NCBI GenBank assembly: GCA_964449945.1
Contig: CAYVBX010000008.1
Location: forward strand, 1-48,509
Origin: an uncultured Candidatus Peribacteria bacterium
GTDB lineage: Bacteria; Patescibacteriota; Gracilibacteria; UBA1369; LOWO2-01-FULL-3
Direction: 5' to 3'
Length of the DNA stretch: 48,509 bases
The position numbers and the translations under genes are program-made. This document shows, piece after piece, positions 38,057-46,114 of this stretch; positions within the stretch are counted from its first letter, which is position 1, and the number at the start of each line of letters is the position of its first letter. Under the pieces are notes generated by a model. It made no database searches. It saw nothing but the letters and a program-made list of their open reading frames with translations, and was not told the origin of the DNA.

Positions 38057-38084
38057 AAAGAAGCCTTAAAATAGGCTTCTTTTA
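38057..38084 (+). terminator. Intrinsic terminator AAAAGAAGCCT-TAAAAT-AGGCTTCTTTT
   Basis: 11-bp perfect stem, T-rich 3-prime side, 10 nt after the cupin stop. Confidence 0.6.
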
Positions 38085-38195
38085 TTTAAAAAATTTTTTT
38101 TTAAAACAACATAAAAGATTTTTTCAGTAAATAAAAACACCTTGCATACTTTCAAAAGACAAATATTATAAGCAAAATTCTTTAACCCAAAAGAA

Positions 38196-38819
38196 ATGAA
38201 AAAAGAAAGTATTTTTAAGATCTTAGCTTTGACTTTGATTACAACTTTTGTCCTTACAGCTTGTTCAGCAGAAGAAGAAAAACCAAATGTAGAAGGTCAA
38301 ACAGAGACAAAGACGGATGTTTCAGCCGAAATTCAGGAAATCGATTTTTCTGCTGGAGCAACTGAAGTTGTTTCAACATATGACTTGCTATTAACCGACA
38401 GCGCCTACGCTCCTTATATTTCTTTAAGTCTTGGAATGAATAAGGATGAAGTTGATTCAATTTTAGGAGTTGAAGGAATTGAGAGAGAAAAAGATTCTTT
38501 TGATCCTAGCGCTGAAAGATATACATACATCATAGATTCAACTGAAATTTGGTTGAGTTTTAAAGATTCTTTACTAAGCAAAAGAGCAATACAAGATAGT
38601 ACAGATTGGTCTGTAGCTATTTCAAAAGAAGATTTTGCAAAAATCACAGAAGGAATGGAATATGAAGAAGTAAAAAATATTATAGGAGAAGGTCAATTGA
38701 TTAGTGAAGAAAAAGGAAAATCCTCATATTTTTGGAATGTAAAAACAGCGTCACAAAATGTCAGAATAATGTTTAGAGACAACAAAGTTTCTTTTGTGTC
38801 GGGCTTAAATATGAAATAA
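38196..38819 (+). CDS. Lipoprotein with two small repeated domains
   Basis: 207 aa with a signal peptide and the lipobox LTAC (Cys22). An internal repeat is visible (LGMNKDEVDSILGVEG... and ITEGMEYEEVKNIIGEGQ...), resembling BamE/DUF3862-like lipoprotein repeats. Confidence 0.7.
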   Translation: MKKESIFKILALTLITTFVLTACSAEEEKPNVEGQTETKTDVSAEIQEIDFSAGATEVVSTYDLLLTDSAYAPYISLSLGMNKDEVDSILGVEGIEREKDSFDPSAERYTYIIDSTEIWLSFKDSLLSKRAIQDSTDWSVAISKEDFAKITEGMEYEEVKNIIGEGQLISEEKGKSSYFWNVKTASQNVRIMFRDNKVSFVSGLNMK

Positions 38820-38835
38820 TAGCTTTAAAACCTTT

Positions 38836-38869
38836 AAAAACGCCTTTAAATTTTAAAAAGGCGTTTTTT
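38836..38869 (+). terminator. Intrinsic terminator AAAAACGCCTTT-loop-AAAGGCGTTTTTT
   Basis: CGCCTTT (38841-47) pairs with AAAGGCG (38857-63). A/T extensions flank it, followed by a T6 run. Confidence 0.65.
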
Positions 38870-38925
38870 GTTTGTAAAAAAAACAAAGTAATTTATACTT
38901 TAAACTGAAAATAACCTCATTTTTA

Positions 38926-39171
38926 ATGACAAAAGTCGAAAATAGCCCTGAAAATAGGGAAAAATGTGTTTGTCCAGATTGCCCCAGTTTTCTTGGGTGT
39001 TCAAAAGAAAAAGGAGAAACTCTTTTTTGTGCAGACGAAGTTGGCAAAAGCAAATGCGATTATAAAATGAATGGATGTATTTGTGGCCCCTGTCCACTCA
39101 CAAAAGAATACAATTTAAAAAAAGGTTATTACTGTATTTCAGGATCAGCGCTTGAAATTGATGAAAAATAA
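38926..39171 (+). CDS. Small Cys-rich protein, DUF2769-like
   Basis: 81 aa with 9 Cys, including CVCPDCPSFLGC, LFC, CDYKMNGCICGPCP and YYC. As I recall, this pattern belongs to the DUF2769 family of anaerobes. Confidence 0.55.
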   Translation: MTKVENSPENREKCVCPDCPSFLGCSKEKGETLFCADEVGKSKCDYKMNGCICGPCPLTKEYNLKKGYYCISGSALEIDEK

Positions 39172-40066
39172 AAAAATGAAATTAAATAAAAACGAAATAA
39201 GTATTGATAAAAAAACATTAGAAAAGTTTTTATTAGTGCAAAAAGAAACAAAAAAGGAAGCAAAAGAATTATTCAAGAAAAAAAATAAAATTAAAGTACT
39301 AGGTATTTCTTCTTCTGCAAGAGATGAATTTGATATGGCAGGACAGAATTCTAATTCAGAATTTTTACTCAAAAAAGCTTTAGAGTTTTTTAGTGGTAAA
39401 AAAATTGAAAACGAAATAATTGAATTAAGAAAGTATGATATAAAACCATGTAAAGCATGTTATTCAACAACGAATTGTCAGTGTCATTTTCCTTGTTCTT
39501 GTTATCCTAAAGGATCAAAACAAGGAGATGATATGAGCAGTTTTTTATACGATAAAATTTTGGAAGCCGATATAATAATTTTTGCAACTCCAGTAAACAA
39601 TTTCAAAATGTCATCACTTTTATCTCTATTTATAGACAGGATGATTGCTCTCGACGGAAGCCTTTCACCTGCAGATGAAAGTGCAAGAAAAGATGTCTCT
39701 TTAAACAAAAAGCATAGTGAATTTGTAAAAAGTTTTGCAAATAGAGAGGATATTGGTTCAGGTTTCTTAAAAAGACTCACTGGAAAGGTTGCAGGCATAA
39801 TTGTAACAGGACATGAAGAAGGTGCATCAATGGTAATTTCATCATTGTTTATGACTCTAAACCACTTTGGAATGGTGTTTCCACCTTTTTCAAGCGTTTA
39901 TGCGCTTGCTAACGTCGAAAATTCTATTCACGAAGATTCAAAACTTATTCGTTCAGATTTTTATATTTCAGAAGTTCAAGATCTTTCTCAAAATTTATTA
40001 GAAATGGCAAAGATTTTGCAAACAAAAGAAAAATCAATATGGACGATAGATAATTCAATTAACTAA
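39152..40066 (+). CDS. Iron-sulfur flavoprotein-like NADPH-dependent FMN reductase family protein
   Basis: The flavodoxin-like core starts at IKVLGISSSARDE. A compact Cys cluster CKACYSTTNCQCHFPCSC is present, as in Isf proteins. The true start may be ATG 39176, just after the upstream stop, rather than 39152. Confidence 0.7.
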   Translation: MKLMKNKKMKLNKNEISIDKKTLEKFLLVQKETKKEAKELFKKKNKIKVLGISSSARDEFDMAGQNSNSEFLLKKALEFFSGKKIENEIIELRKYDIKPCKACYSTTNCQCHFPCSCYPKGSKQGDDMSSFLYDKILEADIIIFATPVNNFKMSSLLSLFIDRMIALDGSLSPADESARKDVSLNKKHSEFVKSFANREDIGSGFLKRLTGKVAGIIVTGHEEGASMVISSLFMTLNHFGMVFPPFSSVYALANVENSIHEDSKLIRSDFYISEVQDLSQNLLEMAKILQTKEKSIWTIDNSIN

Positions 40067-40071
40067 AAAAC

Positions 40072-40860
40072 ATGACAAATGTAAATTCAAAAGGAGAACA
40101 AAAGTTAATTAGCTTGTTAGTATTAGCACTTTGTGTGTTAGTTGTAGCGATTTCGTTTGTTTATCTTTATAAATACACTGATGTTTTTGAAAAAGATAAA
40201 ACCGAAACTTCACAAGAAAACAATGAACTTGCCGAAATAAATTTGTCAGTGCAATTAGAAGAAGCTGAGGGCGAAAATGTTTTAGGAGAAACCGAAATCG
40301 ACGAAAATATAGAATTGGGAGAAGCAGAAGAATTAGCTTATGAAAAAAGTGAAGCAGAGTTGAAGGAAGAAGAATTTATTGAAAATGATAAGAAAACAAT
40401 CTTGGAAAAAGAGAAAATAGCCGAAAAAATCGAGACTAAATCTAATGAAATAATCGCGAGTTTTACAAAAGAAAAAGAGATAATTGAGGATTTGTGCAAT
40501 GAAGGGCCAAAGCCACTTGAAACAGGGAAAATTGTATATCCAGTAGAAGAAAAATATAGCCACTTAATATATCTAGGACAAGTATTTACAGCTGTTAAAT
40601 GCGGGGAAGAACGATTATCTGATTTATGGGGTGTTAGTGACGAAAATTATACAATTGGGTCAAAAATTGAATTAAATAGTAATCCAAGCAAAGATTTAAT
40701 TGAAACTTTTTCGCTTTTAAAATACTCCTGCGAAGATTCAGAAAATTTAGATCAATGTATGATTTGGTCTAGAAGTGGTGATATTTCAACAAAATCACTT
40801 TTACTTTTAGAACCATTTGTGGATAAAATCAAAAAAGATGATTGTATAAACTGCAGATAA
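40072..40860 (+). CDS. Membrane-anchored protein with a Glu-rich linker and a Cys-rich C-terminal domain ending in DCINCR
   Basis: 262 aa with TM helix LISLLVLALCVLVVAISFVYL and a long acidic linker. The C-terminal ~125 aa are paralogous to the C-terminus of 42198-43313. Confidence 0.65.
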   Translation: MTNVNSKGEQKLISLLVLALCVLVVAISFVYLYKYTDVFEKDKTETSQENNELAEINLSVQLEEAEGENVLGETEIDENIELGEAEELAYEKSEAELKEEEFIENDKKTILEKEKIAEKIETKSNEIIASFTKEKEIIEDLCNEGPKPLETGKIVYPVEEKYSHLIYLGQVFTAVKCGEERLSDLWGVSDENYTIGSKIELNSNPSKDLIETFSLLKYSCEDSENLDQCMIWSRSGDISTKSLLLLEPFVDKIKKDDCINCR

Positions 40861-40867
40861 AATTTGT

Positions 40868-40957
40868 GGAGAGATGGCCGAGTGGTTGAAGGCGCCGCTC
40901 TCGAAAAGCGGTAGGGCTTAACGGCTCTCGCGGGTTCGAATCCCGCTCTCTCCGCCA
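40868..40957 (+). tRNA. tRNA-Ser (anticodon CGA), CCA encoded
   Basis: Acceptor GGAGAGA/TCTCTCC, anticodon loop CTCGAAA (CGA), long variable arm, GGTTCGAATCC, G, then CCA. Begins 7 nt after the stop of the preceding CDS. Confidence 0.9.
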
Positions 40958-40993
40958 GTATTTTTTTGCAAAATTGCTTTTTTACTAATTAAA

Positions 40994-42004
40994 ATGATTA
41001 AAACGAAAATCGTAAAACTTAAAGTAAAAAATCCAGATAATGAAAAACTTAAGGATTTAGCAAAAATAATTTCAAGTGGAGGAATTGTTGCTTTTCCAAC
41101 AGAAACTGTCTATGGAATTGGAGCAAATGCATTGGACGAAAAGGCAGTTGAAAAAATATTTCACGCAAAGGGTCGTCCTTCGGATAATCCTCTAATTGTA
41201 CACATTTCTGAAATAAAGGAAGCAAAAAAATTGGTAAAACATATTCCTACATCAGCAAAATTATTGGCAGAAAAATTTTGGCCCGGCCCATTAACAATTA
41301 TTTTGAAAAAAAACAAGATTGTTCCAGATATAATTACAGCAGGGCTTGATACGGTTGCATTAAGAGTTCCGGACAATAAAATTGCACTTGAATTGATCAA
41401 GCTATCAAATTGTCCAATTTCTGCACCTTCAGCAAACAAGTCAGGAAAGCCAAGTCCTACGAATGCAAAGCATGTTTATACTGATTTAAATGGAAAGATA
41501 GATGCAATTATTGATGGAGGAAAAACAAAAGTTGGCATTGAATCAACCGTAATTGATTTGACAGGCGAAACTCCAACTATTTTAAGACCAGGGATTATAT
41601 CAAAAAAGCAAATTTCAAAGTTTATAAAAGGCGTAAAGTTGGCAATAGATAAAGAAACTTCTAGTGGCAAGATTCTTTCACCCGGAACAAAATACAAGCA
41701 CTACAGCCCCAAAGCAAAAATAATTTTAATACGAAGCAAAGATTTTAAAAAAGAAATAGAAAAAATAATAAAAACAAATGACAAACTTGCAGTTTTGACT
41801 ACACATAGAGAAAGTAAATATAGTTGTAATTTTTTCTTTATTGGAAATACACCCAAAATGGTTGCAAAAAATTTATTTAATTTTTATCGAAAACTCGATG
41901 AACTTAGAATAAAAACTATTATTATTGAAGCGCCTGAAAATTCAGAAAAATGGCTTGCAGTAAACAATCGTTTAAATAAATCAGCATGGAAAATTATTGA
42001 ATAA
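40994..42004 (+). CDS. tsaC: L-threonylcarbamoyladenylate synthase (Sua5/TsaC, YrdC plus Sua5 domains)
   Basis: 336 aa. GGIVAFPTETVYGIGANA, KGRPSDNPLIVHI and ISAPSANKSGKPSPT are signature YrdC motifs. A C-terminal Sua5 domain is present. Confidence 0.9.
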   Translation: MIKTKIVKLKVKNPDNEKLKDLAKIISSGGIVAFPTETVYGIGANALDEKAVEKIFHAKGRPSDNPLIVHISEIKEAKKLVKHIPTSAKLLAEKFWPGPLTIILKKNKIVPDIITAGLDTVALRVPDNKIALELIKLSNCPISAPSANKSGKPSPTNAKHVYTDLNGKIDAIIDGGKTKVGIESTVIDLTGETPTILRPGIISKKQISKFIKGVKLAIDKETSSGKILSPGTKYKHYSPKAKIILIRSKDFKKEIEKIIKTNDKLAVLTTHRESKYSCNFFFIGNTPKMVAKNLFNFYRKLDELRIKTIIIEAPENSEKWLAVNNRLNKSAWKIIE

Positions 42005-42010
42005 CTTAAA

Positions 42011-42061
42011 TTTTTATGACTATTCAACAAGGAATTTACCGCCATTTTAAGGGCAAAAACT
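42011..42061 (+). repeat. Copy A of a 51-bp direct repeat (49/51 identical to 44534-44584)
   Basis: TTTTTATGACTATTCAACAAGGAATTTACCGCCATTTTAAGGGCAAAAACT versus the 44534 copy. The two mismatches are at 42030 and 42039. Confidence 0.9.
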
Positions 42062-42096
42062 TGCGAACTTATTTGCTTTTCATTCCAAATCAATAA
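42016..42096 (+). pseudogene. Truncated duplicate of the DUF1653 gene 5-prime end (MTIQQGIYRHFKGKN then divergent, stop after 26 codons)
   Basis: The first 15 codons match 44539-44583 (MTIQPGIYRHFKGKN). The sequence then diverges and stops at 42094-42096. Confidence 0.7.
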
Positions 42097-42197
42097 ACTC
42101 GAAGAAACCAATTTCATTTTTTGTAAATGGAATTAACCAAATAATCGTACTCAAGAAGTCTTAGTATGATTATAATTTAAAAATTTAATCATTTAAA

Positions 42198-43313
42198 ATG
42201 AAAAAAATTACTTGTGGATTTATTGTCGTGATGATTCTTAGTCAAAATATTGCATTAGCTAGCTTTAAAGATGTATCAGAAAGTTATTATCTACATAACT
42301 CAATTAATTGGCTAAAAGAACAGGGAATTGTAGAAGGATATTCAGATGGAACTTTTAAGCCTAATAACCTTGTAAATAGAGCAGAGTTTTTAAAAATGAT
42401 TTATGAAACAATTGGCATGAAAAATCAGAAATCTTCAGTTCCGTTTTCCGACTTTAAGTCAAATGAATGGTATTCTAAATACATCATCGAAGCTTATGCA
42501 GATGGAATAATTCAAGGATATTCAGATAATACTTTTCGACCAGAAGATAAGATAAATTTTGCAGAAGCATTGAAAATTATTGGAAATGCTTTTTTAGATG
42601 TTGATAAAGAATTTGGAAATGGCTCAACTTATACTCCTTGTAAAACAGACTGGAGGGCTTTTAATGGAGTTGATACAAACACTTGGTATTGGAAATATGT
42701 ATATGTTTTAGACCAGTATTGTATATTAGATTTTAATACAAGTGCTAATGTTTGGGAGTTAAGAGGGACAGACCCTGTGGGGTATTTAATAGATAAAAAT
42801 CCTGGAGCTTATGTTAATCGAGCTGAAATGGCAGAGATTATTTATCGAACAAAAGCAGTAAGGGATTTTAATATGGAAAAATTTTTAGAATACAAGACAT
42901 TTCCTTTTAGTATTTCCAAGATAGAAAAAGATTCTCCTCTTTGTTTAGATGGTCCATTTGCGACTGATATAGGATTTCCAAGATACCCTGTTTCAGAATC
43001 ATATTCTCATTTATCTTCCTCTCTTGGCGAAATATTTACTGCTTACGAATGTGGAGGAGACCGTTTAGAAAATATATGGGGAGTTGAAGATGGGGCTTAT
43101 ATCTTAGGTCTTTATATAAAAATAGCGGACAAAACAAGTATATTATTTACAAATACTTTAAAGTCGTCAGGATTCATATGCAATGAACGAATGCCAAGTT
43201 GGGAAAACTGTAAAGATTGGGTTTTAACAGAGGCTATTGAGCTAAAAGAATTATTAAAATTGAGAAATTTTTCAAAAGATATTATTTTTTCAGATTGTAT
43301 AAATTGTGGATAA
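42198..43313 (+). CDS. Secreted SLH-domain protein with a Cys-rich C-terminal domain ending in DCINCG
   Basis: 371 aa with a signal peptide. Two clear SLH repeats are present (FKDVSESYYLHNSINWLKEQGIVEGYSDGTFKPNNLVNRAEFLKMIYE and FSDFKSNEWYSKYIIEAYADGIIQGYSDNTFRPEDKINFAEALKII). The C-terminal ~125 aa are paralogous to the 40072 protein. Confidence 0.8.
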   Translation: MKKITCGFIVVMILSQNIALASFKDVSESYYLHNSINWLKEQGIVEGYSDGTFKPNNLVNRAEFLKMIYETIGMKNQKSSVPFSDFKSNEWYSKYIIEAYADGIIQGYSDNTFRPEDKINFAEALKIIGNAFLDVDKEFGNGSTYTPCKTDWRAFNGVDTNTWYWKYVYVLDQYCILDFNTSANVWELRGTDPVGYLIDKNPGAYVNRAEMAEIIYRTKAVRDFNMEKFLEYKTFPFSISKIEKDSPLCLDGPFATDIGFPRYPVSESYSHLSSSLGEIFTAYECGGDRLENIWGVEDGAYILGLYIKIADKTSILFTNTLKSSGFICNERMPSWENCKDWVLTEAIELKELLKLRNFSKDIIFSDCINCG

Positions 43314-43357
43314 AAAATAAAACTAAATCCATATATCTAAAGAAAAATTAATAATCT

Positions 43358-44497
43358 TTATTTCACCAAACTCTCGGCAATCTTCTCAGCAATTCCTGAT
43401 GTAAACGGATCGGGGATAATATTTTCTGGAGACAAATCTTCGACCATTTCCGCCAGAGCCTTCCCCGCATTCAGCTTCATTTCATCTGTAATTTGGGGGA
43501 TTCGATATTTTAACGCACCTTTAAAAATTCCCGGGAAAGCCAAAACATTGTTTACCTGATTTGGAAAATCGCTCCTACCACTAGCCACAATATATGCTCC
43601 AAAGTCTTTTGCTTCATTTGGTAAAATTTCAGGCTCTGGATTCGCAAGCGCAAAAATAATCGGTTTTTCCGCCATACTTTTTATCATCGCTTCATTTATA
43701 AGTTTCGGCTTTGAAACACCAATAAAAATATCAGCCCCAATTAGTGCATCAGTTAGACTTCCTGATTTTTTTTCAGGATTTGTTATTTTAGCGATTTCAA
43801 TTTTATTTTCATCAAGCTTTTCTCGCCCCTCAAAAATTAGGCCTTTACTGTCAATCATATTTACATTCCTAAAACCATACCGCACAAGAAGCCTTGCAAT
43901 AGCACTTCCAGCCGCACCCGTTCCCGAAATCACCACTTTATTTTCCTTTAGAGTTTTTCCAGTAAGTTTCAAAGAATTTATAAGACCTGCAAGAACAACA
44001 ATTGCAGTCCCGTGTTGGTCATCATGAAAGACAGGAATATTAAGCCGTTTTTTTAGCTCGTTTTCAATGTAAAAACAATTCGGAGATGCGATATCTTCAA
44101 GATTTATTCCACCAAATTGCCCCGAAATCGACTCAACTATTCGGATAAATTCATCCGGATCTTTGCTATCAACGCAAATCGGGAAAGCATCAATGTCTCC
44201 AAATTTTTTAAAAAGCACAGCTTTTCCCTCCATTACAGGAAGCCCCGCAAGAGCGCCAATATTTCCAAGACCAAGTACAGCAGAACCATCTGTGATTACA
44301 GCAACCATGTGGCTTTTCATCGTATAATCGTAAGCGAAAGAGGGATCTTTTTGAATTTCACGACAAGGCTCCGCGACACCCGGAGTATAGTAAATTTGTA
44401 AATCTTCACGAGTTTCAAGTGGCACACTCGGACAGATATTAATTTTTCCTTGAGATTGCCTATGCTTTTCAAGCGAGAGCTCGTATATGTTTTTCAT
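43358..44497 (-). CDS. NAD(P)-dependent malic enzyme (short form, no PTA domain)
   Basis: 379 aa. YTPGVAEPCREI, AVITDGSAVLGLGNIG, the NAD-binding ISGTGAAGSAIA and NNVLAFPG are typical of MaeB-type malic enzymes. Confidence 0.9.
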   Translation of the reverse strand: MKNIYELSLEKHRQSQGKINICPSVPLETREDLQIYYTPGVAEPCREIQKDPSFAYDYTMKSHMVAVITDGSAVLGLGNIGALAGLPVMEGKAVLFKKFGDIDAFPICVDSKDPDEFIRIVESISGQFGGINLEDIASPNCFYIENELKKRLNIPVFHDDQHGTAIVVLAGLINSLKLTGKTLKENKVVISGTGAAGSAIARLLVRYGFRNVNMIDSKGLIFEGREKLDENKIEIAKITNPEKKSGSLTDALIGADIFIGVSKPKLINEAMIKSMAEKPIIFALANPEPEILPNEAKDFGAYIVASGRSDFPNQVNNVLAFPGIFKGALKYRIPQITDEMKLNAGKALAEMVEDLSPENIIPDPFTSGIAEKIAESLVK

Positions 44498-44533
44498 TTT
44501 ATTTCTGTTATTGTGAGGCTAATTTTAATCTTA

Positions 44534-44584
44534 TTTTTATGACTATTCAACCAGGAATTTATCGCCATTTTAAGGGCAAAAACT
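44534..44584 (+). repeat. Copy B of the 51-bp direct repeat, covering the start of the intact DUF1653 gene
   Basis: See 42011-42061. This copy continues into a full-length ORF. Confidence 0.9.
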
Positions 44585-44760
44585 ACGAAGTGATTGGAAT
44601 AGCCCATCACAGCGAAACACTTGAAGAGCTTGTCGTTTACCGCGCCCTTTACAGCTCTCCCGACTTCGGCGAAAACGCCCTTTGGGTCCGACCAGTCAAA
44701 ATTTGGGAGCAGGAAGTGGAATTTGAAGGGAGGAAGTTTAAGAGGTTTGAAAAGGTTTAA
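44539..44760 (+). CDS. DUF1653 family protein
   Basis: 73 aa. YRHFKGKNYEVIGIAHHSETLEELVVYRALY is the hallmark pattern of DUF1653 as I recall it. Confidence 0.7.
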   Translation: MTIQPGIYRHFKGKNYEVIGIAHHSETLEELVVYRALYSSPDFGENALWVRPVKIWEQEVEFEGRKFKRFEKV

Positions 44761-44796
44761 AAAATCGAAATACATAATCTTCTAGAAATTTGAAAA

Positions 44797-46107
44797 TCAA
44801 AAAAACACTTTTATATTTTCTAAATTCTCAGCTAGAAAACTATCTAAATTTATTGATTGATTTAATATGTAATCAGATGGATTTTTTTCTGTTTTTCCAA
44901 GGATTTTTCCATATGCATCATAAATTAAATTATCATTTATTTTCATATAAAAGACAGGTATTTGACCATGTAATAAAGAATTGACTTCATATTTAAGAAG
45001 TCCTTCCATATCCAAGCTACAATTAAGATAAATCTTATTTTGTAAAAGTTCTTGCCTAAAAAATTTTTCAATTGAAAAACTTTCTTGTAAAAAAATATGT
45101 GGGAAAAAAATTTTTTGTTGCAAAATAAAATATATTGAAGTGGGTCTAAGAATAATTCTAGTGTAAGACTTTGATTTTTTTATTTCGGTCAACAAATTAT
45201 CTTTATTTAATTGTAATTGTTTTGAGCCAGTTTCAAATCCAGAAATCAACATTGCTAAGAAGTCTTTAATTTGAATTCGCTTATTTTGCAACTTCGGCCT
45301 ATTAAAATAATGATTCTTGCTAATTGACACCCAATTAATTTTCGGATTTGTATTATCAAATTTTAGTATTGGCACGAAATAACTTTTTATTTTTTCACTT
45401 TCTCCATTTAATGACCCGATATTTATATCTTTACTTTCTGTAATTAATCCTGTGTAAAAAATTGAATATTTTTCATCAATTATTTCAGGTACAGCACAGG
45501 TTTCTATATCAAAAAATAGTGGATATTGTTTATTACATATTACATTTTCAATATGCTGGTCTATTGTCCTAAAAAACAGTAAAAACGGAATTATTCTACC
45601 AAAATTAAAATAATACTTTTCTATATCATTTATGTTTTCAAAATCATTTGAAGCCGAAATGAAGTCTCTTACAAAAAGATTATTATAACATTCGAATTTA
45701 ACAAAATACTCGGAAAATTTTGGATCAAGAATTTTTAATAATTCGGGTATGAATGATTCACAGTCAAATTTTGCGGGAAAAACAATTTTATTGCCAATTT
45801 TCGTTTTAATCAAACCATTTGGGTGTATATCTCCCAAAAATTCAATATTGGAATGGAAATCTTTTATTAATTTTTTTTCAGATTTATATAAATACTTTAT
45901 GAAATTCCAGACAATCTTATCAACAATAAAATTTTGTTTTGTTGATATTTTAGGGAAATAACGAGAGCTTACAAACAAAGGTAAATACCAATCTTTTAGT
46001 TGTTTGAATATAAATTTTTTTGTGTTTTCAGTAAAATCAAAAAAGGAAGTCCGAAAAAATTTATTTTCCAGACTTCCTTCCATTTCTATTTCCAAGTCTG
46101 ATTTCAT
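44797..46107 (-). CDS. Stand-alone LanM-type (DUF4135-like) lanthipeptide dehydratase domain protein, with no LanC cyclase domain
   Basis: 436 aa. Motifs: FLGDIHPNG...IVFPAKF; IDQHIENVICNKQYPLFFDIET (D-x-H-x-x-N then D at +12; nt 45499-45564); TGLITES..NIGSLNG; ISGFETG; TRIILRPTSIY (R-x5-T; nt 45130-45159); GQIPVFY. The order and spacing match the kinase/lyase domain of class II lanthipeptide synthetases. Confidence 0.75.
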   Translation of the reverse strand: MKSDLEIEMEGSLENKFFRTSFFDFTENTKKFIFKQLKDWYLPLFVSSRYFPKISTKQNFIVDKIVWNFIKYLYKSEKKLIKDFHSNIEFLGDIHPNGLIKTKIGNKIVFPAKFDCESFIPELLKILDPKFSEYFVKFECYNNLFVRDFISASNDFENINDIEKYYFNFGRIIPFLLFFRTIDQHIENVICNKQYPLFFDIETCAVPEIIDEKYSIFYTGLITESKDINIGSLNGESEKIKSYFVPILKFDNTNPKINWVSISKNHYFNRPKLQNKRIQIKDFLAMLISGFETGSKQLQLNKDNLLTEIKKSKSYTRIILRPTSIYFILQQKIFFPHIFLQESFSIEKFFRQELLQNKIYLNCSLDMEGLLKYEVNSLLHGQIPVFYMKINDNLIYDAYGKILGKTEKNPSDYILNQSINLDSFLAENLENIKVFF

Positions 46108-46114
46108 ACAAACC

